A stretch of 64,000 nucleotides of DNA, from contig CAXXWC010000021.1 of assembly GCA_963668645.2 (NCBI GenBank), positions 64,001 to 128,000 on the forward strand, read 5' to 3'. The DNA comes from Desulfobacterales bacterium. Its GTDB lineage: Bacteria > Desulfobacterota > Desulfobacteria > Desulfobacterales > UBA2174. Both the position numbers and the translations under genes were made by a program. Shown here piece by piece: positions 1-9,791 of this stretch. The notes under the pieces were generated by a model. That model was not told the DNA's origin. It did not search any database and saw only the letters and a list, made by a program, of their open reading frames with translations. The stretch's first letter is position 1, and every line of letters starts with the position of its first letter.

Positions 1-295
1 CCGCTGATCCTTCGACGGATATGGAGGCCGACCATACGGAATGGTCCACCAATCCGAACCGTTTCAGTTCCCTGATGATGGACTGAGCCAGGCCGCTGCC
101 TTGCGCTGCGATGCGATCCGTTGTCCACCTGAGTGCCAGCATGAAACAGCCGTCTATTGTGGCATTGTGGTAATGCAAAATCTCAGTCGGGCCGTGTACT
201 TCCTGCGGGGGGCCGATCTGCGCGAGATAATCGCGGCAAGCGCCTGCTGCATGGCTGCCTGCGGTTTGTACCTTTATGATTTCCATCCATGGCAT
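1..295 (-). CDS. Small hypothetical protein, runs off the window start
   Basis: Open frame from ATG 295 (MPWMEIIKVQTAG...YHNATIDG...LKRFGLVDHSVW) with no stop before position 1, so it is absent from the ORF track; a sigma-54 promoter lies upstream. Confidence 0.65.
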   Translation of the reverse strand, partial: MPWMEIIKVQTAGSHAAGACRDYLAQIGPPQEVHGPTEILHYHNATIDGCFMLALRWTTDRIAAQGSGLAQSIIRELKRFGLVDHSVWSASISVEGSA

Positions 296-365
296 GGTCT
301 CATCCTGGAATCGAATTGGCTGGCGATGTGTTAACGGTCACAAGCGTGGAATCACCGCATGTACC

Positions 366-382
366 AGCAAGGGTTGTACCAA
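366..382 (-). promoter_or_regulatory. Sigma-54 -24/-12 promoter
   Basis: Minus strand TTGGTAC-AACCC-TTGCT matches TGGCAC-N5-TTGC; AT-rich tract at 391-430 and a divergent enhancer-binding protein gene. Confidence 0.7.
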
Positions 383-549
383 CCGCTTGAAAAATTATAT
401 TATTCCAATATATTAAATAGTTATATTATGATTGAGAAAGGAAGAGACGTTGCGGAGTTGTATATCTATCAAATACGCAGTAACAATCTATCGAATAAGA
501 TAGGTCTCAAAAAACGATCATATTTAATAGAATCGCCCTGAAAGGCAGC

Positions 550-2133
550 ATGATGCCCATCGATGAAAAAGATTTCTTTCTGAATGCCACGTTGAAAATC
601 TGCAGCAGCCTGGATATCGAAAAGGCACTCTGGCACTGCCTGCTCTTTATCCGGGATTTCATGCCGGCCAAGGACATGAGCCTGCATCTATACGACAGCA
701 GCACCGGCGTCGCCGAGATCATCGCCCATGCCGACCGGGAGCGTTACAAGGCCCTGGCGGCCAAAGTCGCCTTGTCCGGCCAGGGCCGCAAACAGGTCGA
801 CGCCCAGCGCTCCATCCGTGTACGGCGGGTGCCCAAGGCCGGCGATGATCCGGTGGCGGGTCCACCGGCCAAGTATGTGGGGTGCGCGGACTTGGCCTGC
901 CTGATCATGGACCTGGTGATAGAGAAGGCCTTCATCGGTGTCGTCGCCGTCCATGGGGAGCCCGGCCGCCAGTTCGATGCGGAACACGGCCACCTGCTGT
1001 CGCTGCTAAACGAACCCTTCTCCATTGCTCTGGCCAACAACATCCGCTGGCGCGAGCTCAAGAAGCTCCAGAACATTCTGCTCGACGACAACCGCTACTA
1101 TCAGGACGAACTGCGCCGCATCACCGGCGAAGAAGTTGTGGGCGCCGATTTCGGATTACGGGAGGTCATGGATCTGGTTCGCCAGGTCGCTCCGCTGAAC
1201 AGCCCGGTATTGCTGTTGGGAGAGACCGGCGTGGGCAAGGAGCTGATTGCCAGCGCGATCCACAACCTCTCACCCCGGCGGCAAGGACCGCTGATCAAGG
1301 TCAATTGCGGTGCGATTCCCGAATCGCTGATGGACAGTGAGCTGTTTGGTCATGAAAAGGGGGCCTTCACCGGAGCGATTTCCCGCAAACGCGGGCGCTT
1401 CGAACGGGCCGCCGGAGGGACCCTCTTTCTGGACGAAATCGGCGAATTGTCCCGTGAAGCCCAGATCAGATTGCTGCGGGTGCTGCAGGAAAAGGAAATC
1501 GAGCGGGTCGGCGGCACCGAAACCATCCCGGTGGACATCCGCATCATCGCCGCTACCCATCGCAACCTGGATCAGATGATGGATGCCGGTCGTTTTCGCC
1601 ACGATCTTTTCTTCCGCCTGAAGGTCTTTCCGATCCATATCCCACCGCTACGCAGCCGCAGATCGGACATCCCGGCCCTGCTACAACATTTCATTCAGAA
1701 AAAGTGCCGTGAAATGAAACTGGAGCGAGCCCCGGCCCTGGCGCCGCAAGCTCTGGATCAGCTTCTTGCCTACCGATGGCCGGGAAATGTGCGCCAGTTG
1801 GAAAACGCCGTGGAACGGGAATTGATTTTATGCCGGGGCGAACAACTGCTTTTTCACAGCCTGAACGAAACGAATTCCGATAACCATCAATCGCCTTTCA
1901 ACCCGGCATCCCGCAAGGGCGCCTCGCAACCTGAAGATCTGATCAGCCTGGATCAGGCCATGGCCCGGCATATCCGGCAGGCATTGGCCGCTGCCGGTGG
2001 CAAGGTGGAGGGGCCGGGGGGCGCGGCTGAACTTCTGCGCATCAACCCGCGAACCTTGCGCCACAGGATGAAAAAGTTGGACGTGCCGTTTGGAAGAAAG
2101 GTGAAAGGGGGAAAATACGGTTTAACCACTTGA
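550..2133 (+). CDS. Sigma-54-dependent transcriptional activator (GAF-like, AAA+, HTH)
   Basis: GETGVGKE Walker A, GAFTGA loop, LFLDEIG, WPGNVRQL, C-terminal HTH. Confidence 0.93.
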   Translation: MMPIDEKDFFLNATLKICSSLDIEKALWHCLLFIRDFMPAKDMSLHLYDSSTGVAEIIAHADRERYKALAAKVALSGQGRKQVDAQRSIRVRRVPKAGDDPVAGPPAKYVGCADLACLIMDLVIEKAFIGVVAVHGEPGRQFDAEHGHLLSLLNEPFSIALANNIRWRELKKLQNILLDDNRYYQDELRRITGEEVVGADFGLREVMDLVRQVAPLNSPVLLLGETGVGKELIASAIHNLSPRRQGPLIKVNCGAIPESLMDSELFGHEKGAFTGAISRKRGRFERAAGGTLFLDEIGELSREAQIRLLRVLQEKEIERVGGTETIPVDIRIIAATHRNLDQMMDAGRFRHDLFFRLKVFPIHIPPLRSRRSDIPALLQHFIQKKCREMKLERAPALAPQALDQLLAYRWPGNVRQLENAVERELILCRGEQLLFHSLNETNSDNHQSPFNPASRKGASQPEDLISLDQAMARHIRQALAAAGGKVEGPGGAAELLRINPRTLRHRMKKLDVPFGRKVKGGKYGLTT

Positions 2134-2205
2134 ACGGACACAGGCCGGCCCAGCGATAAAAGCGCCACCATTACTGGCTCGGGCAAAACCGTCCGGGGCC
2201 GGATC

Positions 2206-2901
2206 CTACTGATAGCGTTCTTCCTTCCAGGGGTCCGCGGAGTTGCTGTAGCCTCGCGTTTCCCAATATCCCGGCTCATCACGGGAGGTGACGTTGATGC
2301 CTTCCACCCACTTGGCACTCTTATAAAGGTACCGGTCAGGGACCACCACACGCACCGGCGCGCCATGTTCCTGGGGCAATTTTTCGCCGAACAGACTATG
2401 GGCCAGGATGACGCTCTCGTTTCGGATATCACTGATGGGCACATTGCTGGTATATCCCCCGGCCGCCTCAAAAATGATAAAACCGGTATCCCCGCGTGGC
2501 CCGACCAGATCCAAGAGGGTTGCCAGCCGCACGCCCCTCCATTGGGAATCCAGAAGGGTCCAGCCGGTGACGCAGTGAATGTCGCAGGTGACATTGACCT
2601 GGTCCAGCTGGAGTAGCTCCGGGTAGGATAAAACGGCTGGCTTTTCCACCTCGCCGTGGATGCGAAGGGTCCAGTTCTGGATGGTTGCGGTTCCGGGCTT
2701 CCCTCCCATATCCCGTATCTTTTCGATGGCCAACTGCCCGGGGGGAAGGCGCGGCCGGCCGTCCGGTCTGGTCTCGGCGGCCAGAGCGCGCTGCTCGTCG
2801 TCCGAGAGCTTGATGAAAACTCCTGGCAACCCGATGCTTATGATGGTGCCGCCGGCAGCGGCCAAAAGGGCTCGTCTGGATAACTTTGGGTTCTTTTTCA
2901 T
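2206..2901 (-). CDS. Molybdopterin-dependent oxidoreductase (sulfite oxidase/MsrP-like) with a Tat-like signal
   Basis: SRRALL N-terminus; RLPPGQ, DIHCVTGW, HGAPVR, YKSAKWV, GYWETRGY motifs. Confidence 0.85.
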   Translation of the reverse strand: MKKNPKLSRRALLAAAGGTIISIGLPGVFIKLSDDEQRALAAETRPDGRPRLPPGQLAIEKIRDMGGKPGTATIQNWTLRIHGEVEKPAVLSYPELLQLDQVNVTCDIHCVTGWTLLDSQWRGVRLATLLDLVGPRGDTGFIIFEAAGGYTSNVPISDIRNESVILAHSLFGEKLPQEHGAPVRVVVPDRYLYKSAKWVEGINVTSRDEPGYWETRGYSNSADPWKEERYQ

Positions 2902-3256
2902 AGCCCCTCCTTTGCGGTCAATCTGCTCCGCCCTTCCCGGCCAGCCACAGGACCCGGAATGGTATCAGGCAGCAAAAAGCCGTGTGATTCTTTTCCGGTT
3001 CTGTTTTTCCCGCACGGAAAAACCCAGCCTTTTTAGCGGCACTATCAGGAATAAGCAGGGAATAAGAGTTTTGCAAGAGGAGGGGGTGATGTCTGATGAT
3101 GCGCAGGACCGGTTTCAAAGCCCTGTCTGGGGCCTGGTCCCGGTGTTTCAGGCTTCCTCAAGATGCTGACAGATGCAATTGGATGTGCCGCTATTTCGCC
3201 ATCCCGGGCCTTGACCTCGAACCCGATCCACGGTTTTCAAACCGGCAACTCCAAGG

Positions 3257-4273
3257 CTATTTTTGCGCGACGATCCCATAAAACGTACTCCCGGGCATGA
3301 ACCGATGGATTTCAATGGTGCTGAATCCACATTGCTTTAAAAGCGATGTCACCTCTTCGAGTTGCGGAAGCGGCGTGACCCCTTTGAGGGAAGCGTTGAC
3401 CAGATTGAGGTTTGCCATCCCTATGTCCTTTCCGCGGCTATTGAAACCCATTGCCACGGCCAGCACGCCTTGGGGTGCGAGCATTTCCCGAAGCGTTCGC
3501 AGCAGCTCCGGACGCTCGGTTTTCTCGAAGTAATATATGAGGTTGTAGAGCGTAATGACATCGAAAGGGTCAGTCAGTTCCCTGGAAACCGTGCGTACGT
3601 CTCCGCCAAGGATCTTGAAGCGGTCCGAAAGGCCCCAGGTCTCCATGTTGCGCTGAGCCTGCTGCACCACAGCCTCGTCGATGTCCAGCCCCACACCGGA
3701 TGCGAAGGAATTTGCATCATAGGCGCTTTTCAGCAACACCCCTGATCCGCATCCGATGTCGAAAATCCGCAGGGGATTCCTGCCCTGCACGTTCCCGGCA
3801 ATGAAGGTTCTGATGATGGGCTCGGAAATCTTTGAAAACCGAGCCACCAAATCCCCGATTCTTGCCAAATCGTCGCTGAGTTCACCGCCATAAACCCGGT
3901 CGGCCGCGTTGCGATAGGCATCGCTGTAGTAAGTGACATTGGCCTGAATCATGGCTGCCAACATGTCCCCATCGGGTCCCAGGACGGCCTTTGAACGCTT
4001 TCCGCGGATCTGGAACCGGCTGCCATTGAGCGCCAATTCTTTTGAAGCAAGGCCGACTTCCAAAAGTGCATCGAAGACTTCCGGACACTTGACATCCAGA
4101 TCCCCGATCAACTCCTCCCTGGTGCGCGGAACAGCCAGGGCCTTCAGCAGCCCGGATTCATAAGCGGCATAGATGAAATGCATCCTGATAAATGCCTGCC
4201 AGTCCGACATGATGGGAAATAACCCTGGGACCCTCATCATCCTGAGAAATGACAGAGTGTATCTTAAGTTCAT
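3257..4273 (-). CDS. Class I SAM-dependent methyltransferase (possible distal integron cassette)
   Basis: FDIGCGSG motif I, GLDID, FDVITLYNLIYY; same orientation as the cassette array. Confidence 0.85.
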   Translation of the reverse strand: MNLRYTLSFLRMMRVPGLFPIMSDWQAFIRMHFIYAAYESGLLKALAVPRTREELIGDLDVKCPEVFDALLEVGLASKELALNGSRFQIRGKRSKAVLGPDGDMLAAMIQANVTYYSDAYRNAADRVYGGELSDDLARIGDLVARFSKISEPIIRTFIAGNVQGRNPLRIFDIGCGSGVLLKSAYDANSFASGVGLDIDEAVVQQAQRNMETWGLSDRFKILGGDVRTVSRELTDPFDVITLYNLIYYFEKTERPELLRTLREMLAPQGVLAVAMGFNSRGKDIGMANLNLVNASLKGVTPLPQLEEVTSLLKQCGFSTIEIHRFMPGSTFYGIVAQK

Positions 4274-4301
4274 ATTTAAGTTCCTTATCGGTTTAATTGT
4301 T

Positions 4302-4351
4302 GGCTGACACGGGGCTTTCAGGTGGCTGCTGCGGACCGTCCCGCAGAAGCA
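4302..4351 (-). other. Possible degenerate attC remnant
   Basis: GGCTGAC (one change from GGCTAAC) followed by a GC hairpin (ctgcgg...ccgcag) between two co-oriented genes; second core arm not found. Confidence 0.25.
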
Positions 4352-4381
4352 CGATGCTTCCCGAAATTCTGAGCTCTCCGC

Positions 4382-4843
4382 CTAAGACGGGTTTCGACAG
4401 GCGACGATATATCGATACCCATACGCAATGACCGATTCCCTCTTCTGATTGGTGACCATGCATCTAATGCCGGCGAAAGCCATATCCGGCTTGCTTTGAG
4501 AGCATTTGAGATCGGTCCACCACGCGTCGACGGAAAGCACGTCGTTCGGCCTCACCGGATTGAACATCTTGGCCTCGTACATCCCGACGCCACTCAGAAT
4601 CGCCACCTCACCGATCGCTTCCACAACACTGCGGGTACAGGCGGACATCGTGTGGAGCGATGATGCGACAAGCCCGCCAAAGATCGATCCCCTGGCTGCA
4701 TTCCGGTCGATATGGAACGGTTGCGGGTCAAATCTTGTGGCAAATTCACCCGCTATGACGCATGAATCACCGTCACACAGCAAATCTTGTGTCCCCTTAT
4801 AGTTCGCATAATATCCAACAATTTTGCCGTATTTGTGATTCAT
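4382..4843 (-). CDS. MaoC-like (hot-dog fold) dehydratase with an atypical, probably chimeric N-terminus
   Basis: EFATRFDPQPFHID, FGGLVASSLHT, PVRPNDVL motifs; the first ~32 codons do not resemble a MaoC N-terminus. Confidence 0.65.
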   Translation of the reverse strand: MNHKYGKIVGYYANYKGTQDLLCDGDSCVIAGEFATRFDPQPFHIDRNAARGSIFGGLVASSLHTMSACTRSVVEAIGEVAILSGVGMYEAKMFNPVRPNDVLSVDAWWTDLKCSQSKPDMAFAGIRCMVTNQKRESVIAYGYRYIVACRNPS

Positions 4844-4861
4844 TTTCCTGACGAAGTCTTA

Positions 4862-4935
4862 CTTGAACATTTCGCATAAGCGACAGGGCTGGAACCTGAG
4901 CGGAAGCCCTGTCCGCCTTCATGCGATGGTTATAT
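4862..4935 (-). other. attC site (of the PAS cassette)
   Basis: Minus strand ATATAAC-5nt-CATGAAGG...GCTTATG-6nt-GTTCAAG with inner stem acagggct/agccctgt; canonical 5/6 spacers. Confidence 0.85.
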
Positions 4936-5058
4936 GACGTTTTTCAGTTATTGATTTTTCTGCATTGCATTTTTTAAATATTCATGAATGTATCAGGTAT
5001 GTTTTAAAAATATTATTTTGGTTAAACTCAAGAATAGAATAATAATCATTAATTCAGA

Positions 5059-6093
5059 TCAATCATCATAAAGATCCATATCTGGATAATATTTTTTTGC
5101 ACATTCAGGGCAGATGCCATGGGTGAAATCAACATCTGAGTGCTTCATTATGTAAGATTCGATCCGCTCCCAATATCCTTGATCATCACGAATTTTTTTA
5201 CAAATTGAACAAATCGGTAACAAACCGCTAAGTTTCTTAATTTCTATTAATGCTTTTTGAAGATCAAAGATCAGCTTTTCCCTGTCTTTTTCAATTTGCT
5301 TTAGCTTAGATATATCTCGTACAACACTGACAATTCCTATTTTCTTTCCATCCTCGTCTTTTAATAGTGATACGTTATGTTCCGACGGAAACAGCTCTCC
5401 ATTTTTTCTTTTCAATTGGAACTCGAAATTTGCTGTTTCACCACTGTCAAAAGACTCATTAATAAGTTTTTCGAATTCTTCATAATGTTGAAAATCAACA
5501 TGCAAAATTTCTGTTGATTTTTCTATAAGCTCTTCAGCTGAATATCCAAAAATTTTTTCGGCAGCATTATTTATATTTACCGAATTCCGTTCCGTTGAAA
5601 CAACGAAAACACCTTCTTCTAATGAGTTAAAAATACAACGCATCCACCTCTCAGATGCTGCTAAATCCTCTTCAAGCTGCTTCTGAGCACTAATGTCTCT
5701 GACAACCGTGCTGGTTAGCTGGTGTCCCTGAGAATCAGAAAAAATTAATGAGGATACTTCGCCTGGAAACGTTGTCCCATCTTTTTTCTTGAAGTTAAGT
5801 TCCCCCCTAAAATTGCCCGTTTTTAATCTCTCTTCAAGTGCTTTGGGTAATCTCGGATCTTTTGTCTCCAAAACAGCATCACGTCCGCCCTCTATTATTT
5901 CTTGGACAGTCATTTGAAAAAGATCACATGCTGCTTGATTGGCAAAAAACACTCTACCATCTGGTGCAGTTAAAAAAATTGCATCCATGCTATTATCAAC
6001 TATTGAACTATATCGGATAGATAGTGCATCTTTATCTGATTTTAGCTCTCTCAATATTTGCTCTAATTCTTCGTATGTGGGTTTGTTTTCCAT
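5059..6093 (-). CDS. PAS-PAS sensor protein with Cys-rich C-terminal domain (cassette gene)
   Basis: Two PAS/PAC repeats; C-terminal LLPICSICKKIRD...YWERIESY...THGICPEC; no kinase or GGDEF motifs; AT-rich. Confidence 0.85.
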   Translation of the reverse strand: MENKPTYEELEQILRELKSDKDALSIRYSSIVDNSMDAIFLTAPDGRVFFANQAACDLFQMTVQEIIEGGRDAVLETKDPRLPKALEERLKTGNFRGELNFKKKDGTTFPGEVSSLIFSDSQGHQLTSTVVRDISAQKQLEEDLAASERWMRCIFNSLEEGVFVVSTERNSVNINNAAEKIFGYSAEELIEKSTEILHVDFQHYEEFEKLINESFDSGETANFEFQLKRKNGELFPSEHNVSLLKDEDGKKIGIVSVVRDISKLKQIEKDREKLIFDLQKALIEIKKLSGLLPICSICKKIRDDQGYWERIESYIMKHSDVDFTHGICPECAKKYYPDMDLYDD

Positions 6094-6128
6094 CGTTTTA
6101 CTCCTGCTATTCTTGTAGCAACAAAATC

Positions 6129-7707
6129 GTAAGCGTTCACGGGGTATCCCGGAGTTACAATTCCGAAGTCTAACGTGCTGAATTCACAAGAGAAAGATAC
6201 ATTATGACATAAAGTATTGAAATTGTTAAAAAAATCTAGACATTCGTTTTCTAGTGTGATAGGCTCTTTTCCATGGAGACGAAAAGACCCTTCACAGACC
6301 TTGAATGGCATCTTACGCCGGAACCTGTCCGGCACTATATCCTTTACCTCGAGCAGGCTTTGCATAATCTGCAGAAGCAAGTTGACGATTACGGCAAGCG
6401 AATCGAAAAGCTGGAGGTGAAGACCCGGGAAAATTCTCGAAACTCCAGCAAGCCGCCGTCATCCGACAGCCCGTTTGACCGATCCGGCCGGAAGAATGGA
6501 AAAAAAGGAAGTCGCCCCAAGGGCGGCCAGAAAGGCCATAAGGCCTACAAGCAGCAAATGCTGAGTCCAAATAAATCTCATGCGTTGATGCCCGAACGCT
6601 GTCGTTGCGGCAACACCGACTTCGGAGGAAGCCGGATGGAACCGTTTTATACCCATCAGCATATCGAGCTGCCCGAAATCCAAATGGAGATCAGCCATTT
6701 TATACTTCACCGCTGCGACTGTCCCAGCTGTGGGAAAACTGTCAAGGCCGTGCTGCCCGAGCCGGTTCGCTATGGATACGGTCCGCGATTGAGTGCGTTG
6801 ATCGCCGAGTTGAGCGGCATCAAGGCGATGAGCCGAAACGATGTCAAGCATATATGCGAATCGGTTCTGCGTATGCCCATCGCCACGGGCACCATTCAGA
6901 AAATCGTCGACCGGGCTTCGGAGGCCATTACTCCGGCATACAAAGCCATCGGGGACGTGGCCCGCAGTTCGCTGTGCAATTACATTGACGAGACGTCCTG
7001 GTTTAACCAAAACGGCCTTCAGTGGCTGTGGGCCATGGTCAATGATCGGGTGGCCTTCTATCGTATCGATGCCCACCGTTCCAAGGATGCCTTCAACCAG
7101 CTGATCCAGGATTGGCGAGGAATTCTGGTCAGCGACTCCTACGGCCTATACCGAAACTGGGTTCATGGGCGCCAAACTTGTCTTGCCCATCTGATCCGCA
7201 AGGCCGATGCCTTGTGCGAGAGGAAAAAACCTGATCTACGACGCTTCGGGCACATCATGGCATCCTTGCTTCGGCAGTTGATTCAATTTGCCAAAGATCC
7301 ACCGCCGCCGCGACAATGGCAGCAGTATTACGCACAACTGTTGTTCGCGCTGTCTCTGTGGGAGCCCGATAAATCCGACGCTGGCCAGCTGGCTCGACAG
7401 ATTTTACGCGAAATCGACTCGCTTTGGTTCTTCATCGAACACGAGGGCGTGGAGCCGACCAACAACCGGGCCGAACGGGCGCTTCGCTTCGGGGTTTTGT
7501 GGCGAAAGCGCAGCCTCGGCACCCAAAGTGAAAAAGGAAATCGCTGGGTAGAACGTATCCTCTCCCTGAAGGAAACTTGTCGGTTAAAAGCGAAATCAAC
7601 CTTCCAGACCCTGGAACTCTGCATCGAATCGTTCTTCAACAACGACAAGCCCGATCTGTCTTGGATATAGCTCAGACCACGGTTTCCTTTACCCCGTGAA
7701 CGCTTAC
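6129..7707 (+). mobile_element. IS66-family element, single-ORF (ISBst12-like) type
   Basis: Perfect 18-bp TIRs GTAAGCGTTCACGGGGTA (6129-6146 and 7690-7707); 8-bp target duplication ACAAAATC at 6121-6128 and 7708-7715. Confidence 0.95.
6273..7670 (+). CDS. tnpC: IS66 transposase
   Basis: NSRNSSKPPSSD, GGQKGH, zinc-finger cysteines, DETSW, QTCLAHLIR, TNNRAERALR. Confidence 0.93.
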   Translation: METKRPFTDLEWHLTPEPVRHYILYLEQALHNLQKQVDDYGKRIEKLEVKTRENSRNSSKPPSSDSPFDRSGRKNGKKGSRPKGGQKGHKAYKQQMLSPNKSHALMPERCRCGNTDFGGSRMEPFYTHQHIELPEIQMEISHFILHRCDCPSCGKTVKAVLPEPVRYGYGPRLSALIAELSGIKAMSRNDVKHICESVLRMPIATGTIQKIVDRASEAITPAYKAIGDVARSSLCNYIDETSWFNQNGLQWLWAMVNDRVAFYRIDAHRSKDAFNQLIQDWRGILVSDSYGLYRNWVHGRQTCLAHLIRKADALCERKKPDLRRFGHIMASLLRQLIQFAKDPPPPRQWQQYYAQLLFALSLWEPDKSDAGQLARQILREIDSLWFFIEHEGVEPTNNRAERALRFGVLWRKRSLGTQSEKGNRWVERILSLKETCRLKAKSTFQTLELCIESFFNNDKPDLSWI

Positions 7708-7799
7708 ACAAAATCAATGTTACCTGCACTAAACTTGAATCCCAAAATATTTAACAATACGGGTAGTATTTATAAGTGATATAGATCGTGTTTTTAAGC

Positions 7800-7856
7800 C
7801 ATTAACTCGGGCATCAGCGGCGCGGCTCCGCCGCGTCCGCCTGGATGAGCGTGGTT
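7800..7856 (-). other. attC site (of the NmrA cassette), interrupted by intron 1; completed by 9792-9795
   Basis: Hairpin taac...catcagcgg-cgcgg...ccgcg-t-ccgcctggatg...gtt; removing the intron restores GTT|AGGC, which complements GCCTAAC at the other cassette end (10736). Confidence 0.85.
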
Positions 7857-9791
7857 GTGTGCCGGGCACGGCACGTATTCTCAAGGGTGCGCTGAGCTTA
7901 CCCGATATCTGCGGCCTCAGCAAGTCCCAAGCCCAGCCAGGTGGAGGCGAAGGGCATAGCGGTATGGCAACCGGGCTTCCGGCGACGGGGTCTGGGAAGG
8001 AGGCCGCCCTGCTGCGGCAGGGTACCGCGAACGCACGGGGCGATGAACAAGAATCGAGTCAGGCGGTCTTGGTGGGACGAGCCTGCAACACAAGGCGAAG
8101 TCCTCTATCCATCATAGGCCAAGGACGTATACTCGGCGTTCACGTGCGGAAAGATGCGTGTTCACCCCGGGAGAGCTGCCTTGCCGTCCGTTTCGGCGGA
8201 CTGACCAAACCGTAAGGGGAGGCTACCGCGAGGCAGAAGTCAGCAGAGGGCATAGTAGCCGGTGGAAACGAGCCGGGCCTCCCAAATAAAGGGAGAAGAA
8301 TACCCGGAAGTCTCACCCCGACGAAGGCCCGAACGGTACCCAGCCGAATGGTTTGGGTAAATGATACTGACCAGTAGGAGGTGCGTACTTATGAACATAA
8401 GGCCTCAGCAGATGGAAATGTTCATAGCGTCGCAGATGTCCGAAAGTCTGGGAGGAAATGACCGGCTGCTGGAAATGATCCTTGACCGCCGGAATATGTT
8501 CATGGCCCTGAAACAGGTTTGTGCCAACAAGGGCGCTCCGGGCATTGACAAGATTACCGTCGATCAGATCGGAGTCTACCTGAGGCGGCACTGGCCGAAA
8601 ATCAGGGCGGCATTGCTCGATGGGAGCTACCAACCCTTGCCGGTGAGGCGAAAGGAGATCGACAAACCGGACGGCGGGGTTCGCCTGCTCGGGATTCCAA
8701 CCGTGCTGGACAGGGTCATCCAACAGGCCATTGCCCAGATGGTGGGGCAGATCTGGGATCCGATCTTTTCCGAGTTCAGCTATGGATTCAGACCTGGAAG
8801 ATCGGCCCACGATGCGCTCCTGCAGTCCAAGCAATACCTGCTGGATGGATATACCTACGTTGTCGACATGGATCTGTCGAAGTTCTTCGACCGGGTCAAC
8901 CACGACCGGCTGATGAGTCGGCTGGCGTCCAGGATGGCGGACAAACGTGTACTGAAGTTGATCCGCGGGTACCTGAACGCCGGAACGATGATCAACGGTG
9001 TGGTGATCTATACTGACGAAGGCACGCCCCAGGGCGGACCGCTGTCACCACTACTTTCCAATGTCGTCCTGGACGAACTGGATAAGGAATTGGAAGCCAG
9101 AGGGCACAAATTCGTCAGATACGCCGACGACTTCAGGATCTACTGCAAAAGCCTTAAAGCGGCCGAGCGGGTGTACGCGAGCATCACCAGGTTCTTGACC
9201 GTCAGACTCAGGCTCAAGGTAAACGAGGAGAAAAGCGCTGTCAGTCGTCCGTGGTTGCGCAAGTTCCTCGGATTTACGTTTTTCCACATGTACGGCCAGT
9301 CGAAAATCCGAATCCACGCCAAAACCACTGAGCGGTTCAAGCGTCGGGTCCGGGAACTGACGGACCGGAACTGTGGGAAAAGTCTGCACCAGGTTGTCAA
9401 AGAGCTGAACATGTACCTCAGAGGGTGGTGGAATTACTTCCGCCTCGCCGAAGCCAGGCACATCCTGAAAGCACTGAAAACCTGGACCATCAGGCGGCTT
9501 CGCTGTCTCGTCTGGAAACAGTGGAAGAACCCGAGAACCAAAGTACACAATCTCGAAAAGCTCGGTATCGACCACGCGCATGCCATGACCTGCGGGAATG
9601 CCCGCAAGAAACACTGGCGGATGAGCAAGGTCAAGTGGGGCGTCATCGCAATGCCGGAGCGCTATTTCATCGAAAAAGGATTATACCTTCCCGGAAATTA
9701 ACCTTCCTGATCAGCCGAACCGCCTTGGTACGCGATCCGTATGCCGGGTGGTGTGGGAGGGGGTGGCCGTGAGGTCACTCCCTATCCCGAT
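7857..9791 (+). mobile_element. Group IIC intron 1, inserted in attC antisense to the cassettes
   Basis: 5' GTGTG; domain V/VI GAACCGCC...GGTGGTGTGGGAGGGG...CCCTATCCCGAT with CGC triad; RT ORF; exons rejoin to GTTAGGC. Confidence 0.92.
8391..9701 (+). CDS. ltrA: Group II intron reverse transcriptase/maturase, no endonuclease domain
   Basis: RBS AGGAGG; KGAPGID, RLLGIPTVLDR, GTPQGGPLSP, RYADD, X domain. Confidence 0.93.
   Translation: MNIRPQQMEMFIASQMSESLGGNDRLLEMILDRRNMFMALKQVCANKGAPGIDKITVDQIGVYLRRHWPKIRAALLDGSYQPLPVRRKEIDKPDGGVRLLGIPTVLDRVIQQAIAQMVGQIWDPIFSEFSYGFRPGRSAHDALLQSKQYLLDGYTYVVDMDLSKFFDRVNHDRLMSRLASRMADKRVLKLIRGYLNAGTMINGVVIYTDEGTPQGGPLSPLLSNVVLDELDKELEARGHKFVRYADDFRIYCKSLKAAERVYASITRFLTVRLRLKVNEEKSAVSRPWLRKFLGFTFFHMYGQSKIRIHAKTTERFKRRVRELTDRNCGKSLHQVVKELNMYLRGWWNYFRLAEARHILKALKTWTIRRLRCLVWKQWKNPRTKVHNLEKLGIDHAHAMTCGNARKKHWRMSKVKWGVIAMPERYFIEKGLYLPGN

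Noticed and set aside
41..334. 97-aa plus-strand ORF
   Set aside because: The minus-strand frame from 295 has a sigma-54 promoter and more protein-like sequence
2902..3256. attC downstream of the methyltransferase
   Set aside because: No RYYYAAC...GTTRRRY pair with a convincing stem, so cassette status of this gene and the array's distal end remain unproven
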